DNA from: an uncultured Nitrospinaceae bacterium
Lineage (GTDB): Bacteria > UBA8248
NCBI GenBank assembly: GCA_964005815.1
Contig: CAXFSR010000017.1
Coordinates: 32,001-96,000, forward strand
Reading direction: 5' to 3'
Length of the DNA stretch: 64,000 nucleotides
This document shows, one piece after another, positions 22,883-32,032 of this stretch (within the stretch, counting starts at the first letter, position 1; the number at the start of each line of letters is the position of its first letter). Below the pieces are notes generated by a model that saw only the letters and a program-made list of their open reading frames with translations, made no database searches and was not told where the DNA came from. Position numbers and translations under genes: made by a program.

Positions 22883-23287
22883 TCAAGACATAAAAATGTA
22901 AATTACAACCAAAAGTAATAAAAGAAAAATTGTTATATAAAAACCATTAAGGAAACTTCTTCTCTCATTTTTCAAAGTTGGTCTAAAAGATGAATCGCCC
23001 ATTACCTCATCTAATTGAAAAATTCCTTTTTCCTGATCAAATTTGGTTAAAACATGCTCGGGGTCAAGTTTAAGTGATATCGCAACTGCCTTTAAGAAAC
23101 CACGCGAAATAACATCTGCAGGCAGTGGGGAAAGATCATTTTCCTCAAAACATTCCAAATAAAATTTACGGATTTTTGTTTCGTTAGAAATTTCCTCTAG
23201 GCTCATCTTAAGACCTTCTCTAGCAGACTTAAGATAACTACCTAAACGCTCTTCATTTTCCTGAGGGCTTACTTCAATTTCATTCAT
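22883..23287 (-). CDS. RodZ-like HTH protein with C-terminal TM helix (short form)
   Basis: LG..LK.ARE...SLEEIS.ETKI...YL...E...LP....RGF pattern with a terminal TM helix. Confidence 0.75.
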   Translation of the reverse strand: MNEIEVSPQENEERLGSYLKSAREGLKMSLEEISNETKIRKFYLECFEENDLSPLPADVISRGFLKAVAISLKLDPEHVLTKFDQEKGIFQLDEVMGDSSFRPTLKNERRSFLNGFYITIFLLLLLVVIYIFMS

Positions 23288-23322
23288 ATTTGAACACCAA
23301 ATTTTTCAATGAAGTAAGAAAA

Positions 23323-24342
23323 TTAGAATTCACGCTGAACCGCATTAGCAAAAACTTCAAGATCTCCCATCAACTGCTTGAACATTTCGGGCTTCAAAGA
23401 CTGAGCCCCATCAGACATTGCTTGAGAAGGATCCGGATGTACTTCAATCATAAGACCATCAGCGCCACAAGCAATTGCAGCTTTAGCAAGTGGAGCAACA
23501 AATCTCCAAGCACCAGCAGCATGACTTGGATCAACGACAACTGGTAGGTGAGTAAGTTCCTTAAGAACAGGAACCGCAGTTATATCTAAAGTATTGCGAG
23601 TTGAATTTTCGAAAGTTCTAATTCCTCTTTCACATAAAACAACATTCGGATTTCCTTGACTCAAAATATATTCTGCAGACATCAGAAATTCTTCAATCGT
23701 TGTAGACATACCTCTTTTCAAGAAAACTGTCTTCTTTGTTGTACCCACTCTTTTCAACAAAGAAAAATTTTGGATATTTCTAGCACCAATCTGCAAAACA
23801 TCAGCATATTCACATACCAAATCAACATCTACAGTATCCATAACTTCTGTTTGAATTGGCAACCCTGTCTTTTCTCTAGCTTCTGCAAGAAGTTTAAGTC
23901 CTTCTTCGGCCATTCCTTGGAAACTATATGGGGATGTTCTAGGTTTATAAGCACCTCCTCTAAGAACGTGACCACCACCGTCTTTTACAGCATCAGCAGA
24001 AGATAATATTTGTTCTCTGCTTTCAACAGAACATGGTCCACCCACAACAACAATCTTTTCTCCTCCGATTGTCACACCTTCTCCCATTGGCACAATACTT
24101 CTCTCAGGCATGCCTTCAGAACTTGCAAGTTTATAAGGTTTTAAAATTGGCACTACACTTTCAACACCTGGAAGAGTAACAAGAGATTCCAGCATATTCT
24201 TTCCTCTTTCATCTCCTACAGCACCAATAACAGTTCGTAAAACACCTTGAATAAGATGCTCTTCTAGGCCTAGTTCTCTAATTCTTTCGACAATCCTTTC
24301 AATCTCATCGGGGGTAGCATTCTGCTTCATAACAACTATCAT
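23323..24342 (-). CDS. aroF: DAHP synthase class I-beta with N-terminal regulatory domain
   Basis: [31 protein letters not shown] and DPSH motifs. Confidence 0.94.
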   Translation of the reverse strand: MIVVMKQNATPDEIERIVERIRELGLEEHLIQGVLRTVIGAVGDERGKNMLESLVTLPGVESVVPILKPYKLASSEGMPERSIVPMGEGVTIGGEKIVVVGGPCSVESREQILSSADAVKDGGGHVLRGGAYKPRTSPYSFQGMAEEGLKLLAEAREKTGLPIQTEVMDTVDVDLVCEYADVLQIGARNIQNFSLLKRVGTTKKTVFLKRGMSTTIEEFLMSAEYILSQGNPNVVLCERGIRTFENSTRNTLDITAVPVLKELTHLPVVVDPSHAAGAWRFVAPLAKAAIACGADGLMIEVHPDPSQAMSDGAQSLKPEMFKQLMGDLEVFANAVQREF

Positions 24343-24546
24343 CTCTATCTCCTTAGAGAGAGAAAAATAAATAAAAGTTAAAATTCAATAAAAAAACAAA
24401 GGGATACTAACCCTGTAGTAAAAAAACAACAAGTCCAAAAAAAGTAGTAAAGCGATTTAATAAAGATTACTTATAACAAAATAAAATTATACTGAACAAC
24501 TCCAATAAAAAGAAACTTAAAAAAAAACCGTTTTCTTTAATTTAGT

Positions 24547-24575
24547 TTGACAAAAAAATATTTCAGAAAGATTAT
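24547..24575 (+). promoter_or_regulatory. Putative sigma70 promoter for the acd-yqeB operon
   Basis: TTGACA, a 17 nt spacer and GATTAT, about 45 nt before the ATG. Confidence 0.45.
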
Positions 24576-24620
24576 AAAAAACTATAGAATTTTTAAAATC
24601 TTGAAAGAGGACTTTAGATT

Positions 24621-25769
24621 ATGTTGTTTGATTTGGATGAATCTCAAAAGATGCTGAAAGAAACTGTTAGAGAACTATCTGAAAGACACATTAAACCTAG
24701 AGCATCTGAAATTGATGAAAAAGAAGAATATCCTGAGGATATTTTTCAACTCCTTAAAGAACATGAACTATTGGGTATTTTCTTACCTGAAGAATATCAT
24801 GGGGCAGGAATGGGTTTTCTTGGAGGTTGTATAGTTATAGAAGAAATAGCAAGATTTTGCTCAAACAGTCCTCTTTTTATAGTTTTGAATATGCTTTCTA
24901 GTAGAATAATTCAACTAAGTGGAAATCAAGAACAAAAGGATCAATATCTAAAAGGTTTGGCTAAAGGAGAGTTAAGAGGCTCTTATGCCTTGACTGAACC
25001 ACATGCTGGTTCGGACGCAGGAAATATAAGGACTAGAGCATCCTTAGAAGGGGGAGAATGGGTACTGAATGGAACAAAATGTTATTGTAGCGGACCTGAC
25101 AAAGCTGATTTTATTACTGTTGCTGCAAAAACAGATTTTAACGCTGGGACTAAAGGTATCACTTACTTTATTGTACCAACTAATACAGATGGCTTCAGTA
25201 TTGGTCGTCATGAAAAAAAAATGGGAATGAAGGGCATATCTACATGTATTCTAAATTTTGAAAACGTTGCAATTCCTAAAGAAAACCAAATTGGAGAACT
25301 TAATAAAGGATTTAAATCTGCAATGATCGGATTTAATCAAATGCGTCCTGCAATAGGCGCGCGAGCTGTTGGTCTTGCTCAAGGGTGTTTCGATTATGCA
25401 AAAAACTACTCTAAGGAAAGAGAAGCTTTTGGTACTTCAATTTCTAATTTTCAGGCAATCCAATTTATGCTTGCAGATATGTTTATGCAAATTGAAGCAT
25501 CTCGACTTTTGGTGCATAAAGCAGCGAGTCTAGTGGACACAGGTCAAATAGGAAAAGAAAATGCTCGTTACTTTTCTACTGCAAAAACATTTGCTGCAGA
25601 TATGGCAATGAAAGTAGCTATAGATAGCATACAAATATTAGGAGGAGCTGGATATATGAAAGACCATCCACTAGAAAGATTCATGAGGGATGCAAAGCAA
25701 ATACAAATAGTAGAAGGAACAAGCCAAATACAGCGACTGATCATCGCAAGAAACCTTTTAGATTCATAA
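24621..25769 (+). CDS. Acyl-CoA dehydrogenase
   Basis: ALTEPHAGSD, LNGTK, R.AFG..I..FQAIQ, GG.GY and I.EGTSQIQR motifs. Confidence 0.93.
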   Translation: MLFDLDESQKMLKETVRELSERHIKPRASEIDEKEEYPEDIFQLLKEHELLGIFLPEEYHGAGMGFLGGCIVIEEIARFCSNSPLFIVLNMLSSRIIQLSGNQEQKDQYLKGLAKGELRGSYALTEPHAGSDAGNIRTRASLEGGEWVLNGTKCYCSGPDKADFITVAAKTDFNAGTKGITYFIVPTNTDGFSIGRHEKKMGMKGISTCILNFENVAIPKENQIGELNKGFKSAMIGFNQMRPAIGARAVGLAQGCFDYAKNYSKEREAFGTSISNFQAIQFMLADMFMQIEASRLLVHKAASLVDTGQIGKENARYFSTAKTFAADMAMKVAIDSIQILGGAGYMKDHPLERFMRDAKQIQIVEGTSQIQRLIIARNLLDS

Positions 25770-25810
25770 AAATAAATTATCAAACTTTTCAGAAAACAAC
25801 TGGGAAAAGA

Positions 25811-26680
25811 GTGAAAAAAACATTTTCTAAGAATATAATTGAAAGTTCACTTGTTGTTATAAGAGGTGGTGGTGATATCGCTTCTGGTATAGTTCAAAAA
25901 ATATTTCGTTCTGGTTTCCCAATAATTATTACAGAAACAGAAAATCCAACTATGGTCAGAAGAACTGTCTCCTTTGCTGAGTGTATATATTCTGGCCGAA
26001 CTGAAATTGAAGGGCTATTTTCAGAAATGGTTCAGGGAGATTCATTGACTGAAAAATTTAATTCTGCTCTTAGTTTATTAGAAAAGAATATAATCCCTGT
26101 TCTAGTCGACCCAGAGTGTAAAATAGTTAAACTCGCAAAACCCCAAATCTTAATAGATGCAATTCTTGCAAAAAAAAATCTTGGCACACACAAAAATAGT
26201 GCAAAGATTGTAATTGGAGTAGGACCAGGCTTTAATGCTGGTTCAGATTGTCATGCAGTGATAGAAACTGCAAGAGGACACGATATTGGTCGGATAATTT
26301 TCAGCGGGTTCGCCTCTGAGAATACTGGAGTACCCGGACCTATTGGAGGATATACAACCGAAAGACTTCTTCGTTCTCCTGCGAAAGGCAAATTTAAATC
26401 CATTAAAAAAATAGGGGACAAAGTATCTAAAGGAGACCTTGTAGCAAAAGTAGACGAACTGGAGATTTTTTCAGAGATACCTGGTGTTATTAGAGGATTA
26501 GTTAGGGACGATCTTTCAATTCCAAAAGGGTTTAAAGTTGGAGACATTGATCCCAGAGCAAAACCTGAACACTGTATGACTATTTCAGACAAATCAAGAA
26601 GTATTGCAGGAGGCGTTCTTGAAGCAATACTCATTTTACTCAACGAGAAAACAATCAAAAAGAACGGAGTCCAAAATTGA
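25811..26680 (+). CDS. yqeB: YqeB (EF2563-type) selenium-dependent molybdenum hydroxylase system protein
   Basis: IRGGGDIASG, VRRTVSF, DAILAKKNLGT, GPGF.AG.DC..VIET.RGH, KVGDIDPR and ISDK.R.IAGGVLEA motifs. Confidence 0.9.
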   Translation: MKKTFSKNIIESSLVVIRGGGDIASGIVQKIFRSGFPIIITETENPTMVRRTVSFAECIYSGRTEIEGLFSEMVQGDSLTEKFNSALSLLEKNIIPVLVDPECKIVKLAKPQILIDAILAKKNLGTHKNSAKIVIGVGPGFNAGSDCHAVIETARGHDIGRIIFSGFASENTGVPGPIGGYTTERLLRSPAKGKFKSIKKIGDKVSKGDLVAKVDELEIFSEIPGVIRGLVRDDLSIPKGFKVGDIDPRAKPEHCMTISDKSRSIAGGVLEAILILLNEKTIKKNGVQN

Positions 26681-27561
26681 CTATCGAAATCCGAGAGGAA
26701 ATCACAAAAAACGGGGTATATAAAATTGGCAGAAGTGAGATAAAAATCAATGAAAATATTGACAACCCTTACGTGCCTGATTCTCAGTTTTATCTACCCG
26801 TTGGAGATGATCTAGAAAAAACTGCTTGGGCCGTAAGCAAAGGACTTCCAGTAATTCTGATTGGAGAAACAGGAGTCGGGAAAACTCTTTTAGTCCGTCA
26901 CTTGGCTCAAATGACAAACAATGGATTTCGAAGAGTAAATTTGAATGGAATGACAACAGTAGATGAATTTGTAGGTAAACTGATGATTAACGAAAAAGGC
27001 ACTTATTGGGTCAATGGAATTCTTATAGATGCAATGGAATCAGGAGATTGGCTACTTATAGACGAAATAAACGCATGCCTTCCTGAAATTGCTTTTTGTC
27101 TTCATAGTCTCCTTGACGATGACAAAATGATAGTTTTAACAGAATACGATGGAAGAATAATTAAACCACATCCAAATTTTAGAGTTTTTGCAAGCATGAA
27201 TCCTAACGAAGATAGACGCTATGCAGGAACAAAAGCTCTCAATGAAGCTTTGTTAGACCGATTTCCAGTATCTATAAGAATGGGTTATCTTCCTTACGAA
27301 ATTGAAGTCGATGTTGTAATGAATCAAAGTGGAAATATGGACAAACAATTAGTTGGGAAAATGGTAAATGTTGCAAATGACGTCAGAGAGGCCATTGAAA
27401 ATGAAAAAATCTTTTGCACTTTTAGCACAAGAAGATTAATAGATTGGGCACGTATGTCCGAATCTTTTAGCGCTTCTGAATCAGCGATTTCTACAATTTA
27501 CGGCAAAATAAATGAATTCGATGCAAAAGTTATCGAAGACATAATTGACAATTACTTTTAA
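26677..27561 (+). CDS. MoxR-clade AAA+ ATPase (CbbQ/NirQ/CobS-like)
   Basis: Walker A GETGVGKT, Walker B LLIDEIN, MNP, ALLDRF arginine finger and C-terminal STRRL motif. Confidence 0.88.
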   Translation: MTIEIREEITKNGVYKIGRSEIKINENIDNPYVPDSQFYLPVGDDLEKTAWAVSKGLPVILIGETGVGKTLLVRHLAQMTNNGFRRVNLNGMTTVDEFVGKLMINEKGTYWVNGILIDAMESGDWLLIDEINACLPEIAFCLHSLLDDDKMIVLTEYDGRIIKPHPNFRVFASMNPNEDRRYAGTKALNEALLDRFPVSIRMGYLPYEIEVDVVMNQSGNMDKQLVGKMVNVANDVREAIENEKIFCTFSTRRLIDWARMSESFSASESAISTIYGKINEFDAKVIEDIIDNYF

Positions 27562-27572
27562 AAAATAAACCT

Positions 27573-29327
27573 ATGGAAAAAAGAAGATTACGTTTAGAAA
27601 CCTTAGCACAGATAGTTTCTAAAAATTACGACCTCAACCTTGAATACGCGAACTCTGATTCACAAAATCTATCGAATTCAAAACAACAAGACATCCAAAT
27701 TGAAAAACCTGAAACATCCCTTAAGATCCTAAGTGGAAAAACAAATGAAAATCATTTCTTGAAATACCAAAAAGGTATGACCTTAATTCAAGCTGCTCAC
27801 TTAAGATTCAAAGAAAAGAAATGGCTAACTCAGATTTTATCTGACAACAAAGAAAAACCTGGGATTTTTCGTTTGTGGCATACATTGGATGATACTAGAT
27901 GCGAGAATCTTCTAACGTCCTTTCTTCCTGGAACAAAAAAGAATCTAATAGAGTTTATTAAACCTTCTATTGAATCTGCGAACTATTCTATAAAAACAGG
28001 AGAATTACCTCTTATTCAACAAATTCAACTAGGGATTTATCTAACAGGAGCAGTTTACATACGAGAAACAACTGAAAAAGATTTAGATCTTCAAACAATG
28101 AAATTACTTGACCCAAAGATCTTAAAAACTCTAAAAAATTTAAAAAACAAAATTAAAGACGCTTGTGAAACTACAGACGGAGAAATTACTTATAAGTGTT
28201 CACACGAAATATATGATTTTCTAAACCAGCAGTTTCACGAAAAGGATAAAGAAAATTTCTCAGAGGACACACTCCTAGATTCTGAAATAGAAGGAATTGA
28301 CGAAGAAAAAAATGACTCAAATGACACCGAAGAAAATCAAACTCAAGAGGCTATAATAAACAATGAAGATCAAGAAGAATTAATCTCTTTCACTGAAGAA
28401 GAAGCAACTACATTAGGCCACTGGTCTACCCCTTGGTTTCAATTAGAAAACAAAAAGAAAGAAATCCATCCTTCTGCAGTTGTTCAAGACGAACAAACTA
28501 TTATGACACCTCCCGAGGGGAAATCATCCGAATATTCAGAAATTTTAGAAAATATTTCAAGCGAAATTAAAGTCTTAACTGCAAAACTTTTACAGATTAT
28601 TCAAGAGAGAACTTACACACGATATGTAGGAAACTACAGATCAGGAAAACTGAACGGCCATAAACTTTGGAAACAGAGACTAGAAAAATTTAACCTCTTT
28701 CAAAGAAGAGAAGAACCCGAAAAATTAGATATATGTTTCAGTTTGCTGGTTGATGAAAGTGGTAGTATGAACAGAGAATCTAAATATCTCGCAGCAAGAG
28801 AAGCTACTGTTGTATTCGCTGAAGTATTAGATCGTATTCGTGTACCTTTTGAAGTTATAGGATATTCAACCGAAAATTCAGAGGCAGCAATGGCAGCTTC
28901 ACTTGGCCATATCCCGGCTTTCAAATTTAGGCATATACGTCATTCCAAATTACAGCATAGAATATACAAATCATTTGACGATACATTTTCACATACAAAA
29001 AATAGGCTGGTAAATATTTACCCTCGCTTTAACAACTGGGATGAAGAACATCTTCTTTTTGCATTTAAAAGAATTACACAAAGAAATGAAAAGGAGAAAA
29101 TTATTATTATCACTTCAGATGGTCAGCCTAATGGTGATGCTTCACACCTTATCTCAACTGCTACTCAAATCTCAAAAAACGGTGTTAGACTCATAGGCGT
29201 AGGGGTTGTAGACTCTTTTGTCGAACAAATTTATGAAAATCATATAGTAGTTAAAGAATTGTCACAGTTGACTCAAGAGATTGTACAAATCCTAAGAAAA
29301 GAATTACTGGAAAACAAATCGATATGA
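27573..29327 (+). CDS. vWA-domain partner protein (CobT/NorD/CbbO-like)
   Basis: C-terminal MIDAS motifs LVDESGSM and SDGQP, RSGKLN preceding the vWA domain, and an acidic central linker. Confidence 0.85.
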   Translation: MEKRRLRLETLAQIVSKNYDLNLEYANSDSQNLSNSKQQDIQIEKPETSLKILSGKTNENHFLKYQKGMTLIQAAHLRFKEKKWLTQILSDNKEKPGIFRLWHTLDDTRCENLLTSFLPGTKKNLIEFIKPSIESANYSIKTGELPLIQQIQLGIYLTGAVYIRETTEKDLDLQTMKLLDPKILKTLKNLKNKIKDACETTDGEITYKCSHEIYDFLNQQFHEKDKENFSEDTLLDSEIEGIDEEKNDSNDTEENQTQEAIINNEDQEELISFTEEEATTLGHWSTPWFQLENKKKEIHPSAVVQDEQTIMTPPEGKSSEYSEILENISSEIKVLTAKLLQIIQERTYTRYVGNYRSGKLNGHKLWKQRLEKFNLFQRREEPEKLDICFSLLVDESGSMNRESKYLAAREATVVFAEVLDRIRVPFEVIGYSTENSEAAMAASLGHIPAFKFRHIRHSKLQHRIYKSFDDTFSHTKNRLVNIYPRFNNWDEEHLLFAFKRITQRNEKEKIIIITSDGQPNGDASHLISTATQISKNGVRLIGVGVVDSFVEQIYENHIVVKELSQLTQEIVQILRKELLENKSI

Positions 29328-30172
29328 AAAACACTTTTTTCAAATCAAATTTATTAAAAGCACTCGGCATACAAAAGGGGAACACTATTTCTGTGGTTGG
29401 AGGAGGAGGCAAAACTAGTATTATCAACAAACTTGCCAAAGAAGCCTCTGAATTTCATTCATGTCCTATTTTGATTACGACTACAACAAATATCTTTTCT
29501 CCCGACAAAGAACTAAAATTTACTACTATCCTGGGCAAAGATGACACAATCGATACAATGATAAAAAAAGAAACCAGTAATAAAAAAAAAATTTTCACAC
29601 TCGCCAGGAAAAGAATCGGAGAAGAAAAAATCCCAAATCAACCTAACAAAAATCTAAAAAAAATGAAGTTGAAAGGATTCGAAAATGAAAAAATCAAACG
29701 ATTTATGTCTAAAGAGAGAATTCTTTTTGTTGAAGCTGATGGTTCTAAAGGTCTACCAATTAAAGCTCCAAATAAGAATGAACCAGTAATTCCAATGGAA
29801 TCAGACTATATTTTGGGAGTTATTGGCTTAGATGCAATCGGCTTATCTGTTTCAAAAGAAAATGTTTTTAGGTTGAAACATTTTTGTAAGATAACTGGTC
29901 TAAAAGAAAGGATGAAAATTAGCCCAGAAAGTTTAGGTCTTTTAATTAAACATCCTAATGGAATTTTTCAAAATTCTCCTAAAAATGCTAAAAAAGCTAT
30001 TATTTTGAATAAGGCTGATTATATTGAAAATCTAGACGAAATCGAAAAAATCGCATATATTATCAATGAAAAGGGAGACTTCCCTATGACACTGACAGAT
30101 AGACTTATAGTAACGAGTTGTTCTTGGAATACTAGTTTGATATATATGCATGACCAAAATCGAAATCAATAA
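29324..30172 (+). CDS. yqeC: YqeC selenium cofactor biosynthesis protein
   Basis: ISVVGGGGKTS, ITTTT, VEADGSKGLPIKAP..EP.IP and LNKAD motifs. Confidence 0.9.
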   Translation: MKNTFFKSNLLKALGIQKGNTISVVGGGGKTSIINKLAKEASEFHSCPILITTTTNIFSPDKELKFTTILGKDDTIDTMIKKETSNKKKIFTLARKRIGEEKIPNQPNKNLKKMKLKGFENEKIKRFMSKERILFVEADGSKGLPIKAPNKNEPVIPMESDYILGVIGLDAIGLSVSKENVFRLKHFCKITGLKERMKISPESLGLLIKHPNGIFQNSPKNAKKAIILNKADYIENLDEIEKIAYIINEKGDFPMTLTDRLIVTSCSWNTSLIYMHDQNRNQ

Positions 30173-30195
30173 CTATTTGATACAGGAATTTTCAA

Positions 30196-31329
30196 ATGTC
30201 AAAGAGTATTTTCAATACCATGGAAGATTTAATACAAAAGGGTGAATCCGCTTCTATTGCAACAATAGTGAATCGTAAAGGCTCCGCGCCTATGAGCAGT
30301 GATGCAAAAATGTTAGTGCATAAAGATGGAACTATCGAGGGTACAGTCGGCGGAGGCTGTCTTGAAGCCGAGGTATGGCAAACTGCCATGGACGTTTTGG
30401 AGAACAAGAAATCAGAAAAACTCCGTTTTGACTTAACAGAGCAAGATGCAGCGGACAGCGGACATATTTGCGGAGGAATTGTCGAGATTTTCGTAGAGCC
30501 CTTAGAAAGTTACAGTATCGAACTACTTTCAGCCGTCAATAAAATTAGACGAACAGGTGGGAGTGCTGCAATGGCTACACAGATATCACCTTCTGAGAAA
30601 GAAAATAATAAACTTTTAATTTTAAAAGATGGAAGCACAGTTGGGAGTTTATCCAAATATGAAGCCGAAATTTGGAGAGAAAGTTCACGAATCATGAGAG
30701 AAGGTCAACCCATAACTTTAGAATTTGACAAACAAAAAACAGACAATAACAACTCAAAAAAAACACGTGCGACAACAGAGATCTTCGTTGAACCTATAAC
30801 TACTCAACCTAAAATTTTTCTGTTTGGAGGAGGCCACGTTTCATTTTGCGTAGCTCAAACTGCTCACATGGCAGGATTTCGCACATCTATTGTAGAAGAT
30901 AGACCTAGCTTCGCAAATAAAGAAAGATTTCCAATGGCTGAGGACTTCTACGTAGGTGAATTTCCAGAAATATTTAATTCCCTTGAAATAGACGAGTCTA
31001 GCTATCTAGCAATTATTACACGTGGACATGCAAATGATGAAATAGTTTTGGAATGGGCACTTTCTACTCCTGCTCGCTACATTGGAATGATAGGGTCTAA
31101 AAGTAAGGTGCTTCTCACATATAGACATTTGCAGGAAAAAGGCTTTAGAAGAAAAGAACTTATAGAAAAAGTACATGCTCCTATCGGCCTAGATATAGGC
31201 GCAGATAGCCCAGGAGAAATTGCTGTTTCGATCGTTGCAGAATTAATTAAAGATAGAAGACTAGGTCAAGAATTAGCTCTAAAATCAATTCAATCTAAAC
31301 GAGTACCTTTCCCAAAAGAAAAGAAATAG
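30196..31329 (+). CDS. xdhC: XdhC/CoxF-family molybdoenzyme maturation factor
   Basis: GSAP, GTVGGGCLE, CGG, FGGGHV, TRGH..D, YIGMIGS and PIGLDIGA..P.EIA motifs; two N-terminal XdhC-like repeats. Confidence 0.9.
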   Translation: MSKSIFNTMEDLIQKGESASIATIVNRKGSAPMSSDAKMLVHKDGTIEGTVGGGCLEAEVWQTAMDVLENKKSEKLRFDLTEQDAADSGHICGGIVEIFVEPLESYSIELLSAVNKIRRTGGSAAMATQISPSEKENNKLLILKDGSTVGSLSKYEAEIWRESSRIMREGQPITLEFDKQKTDNNNSKKTRATTEIFVEPITTQPKIFLFGGGHVSFCVAQTAHMAGFRTSIVEDRPSFANKERFPMAEDFYVGEFPEIFNSLEIDESSYLAIITRGHANDEIVLEWALSTPARYIGMIGSKSKVLLTYRHLQEKGFRRKELIEKVHAPIGLDIGADSPGEIAVSIVAELIKDRRLGQELALKSIQSKRVPFPKEKK

Positions 31330-31411
31330 AAGGTAATCCTGTAAAAAAATTAACGAAGTATAGATTCATGCTTTATGTCAGATAAAACCATCACTCAAAA
31401 AGGAGGATGCT

Positions 31412-31942
31412 ATGACACAAAGAGATTTCCACATGGAAGATATGAAAAAGAGATATGCAAAATTCAGTGAAATGAAACTATCCAAACAAGCTTTTGTCGA
31501 CACACGTCTTCCCGAACACGAAAGAGATTTGTACAATGTGATTGGCAATGGAGTATCTGAAGATCCTGAACTAAAACCATCGATCGATACAGTTGAAGGG
31601 TTTAATATCCACTACGTTGGTGCCGAACCAGGAAAAGGAGCAGCGTTACACACACACACTACAGTCGAAGTATTTTTTGCTATGTCTGGAAAATGGTCGG
31701 TATACTGGGGAGAAAATGGAGAAAACAATATAGAACTTGATACCTTTGATATTATTTCAGTCCCTGAAGGAGTTATGCGAGGATTCAAAAATATCGGCGA
31801 CTCATATGCAAATTTGATGGCAATTCTAGGAGGAAACGACCCTGGAAAAATAGGTTGGGCAAAATCTGTTCTTGACCTTGCCGAGAAATCTGGATTGCGC
31901 CTTGATAGTTCCGGGAAAATCGTAGAACTAAATTCTACATAA
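31412..31942 (+). CDS. Cupin-domain protein
   Basis: PG.GAALHTH...EVF...G.W and D.ISVP.G..RGF.N motifs; strong AAGGAGG RBS. Confidence 0.82.
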   Translation: MTQRDFHMEDMKKRYAKFSEMKLSKQAFVDTRLPEHERDLYNVIGNGVSEDPELKPSIDTVEGFNIHYVGAEPGKGAALHTHTTVEVFFAMSGKWSVYWGENGENNIELDTFDIISVPEGVMRGFKNIGDSYANLMAILGGNDPGKIGWAKSVLDLAEKSGLRLDSSGKIVELNST

Positions 31943-32032
31943 AAATAGTCAAAGAAACTCTAATTAGCAGAGATAGAGGAAAAGATTTTTCGTGATTTTA
32001 TCATTTCACTTTTGGTACCATTTCCTGCAATC

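Noticed and set aside
26677..29327. Calling the AAA/vWA pair cobS/cobT, norQ/norD or cbbQ/cbbO
   Set aside because: No cobN, nor or RuBisCO genes are nearby, and the motifs support only the clade, not a specific orthology.
25811..31329. Selenocysteine (UGA) read-through in the selenium-related operon
   Set aside because: The TGA stops of yqeB and the vWA gene fall at natural protein ends and overlap the next start codon. No truncated domains were seen.
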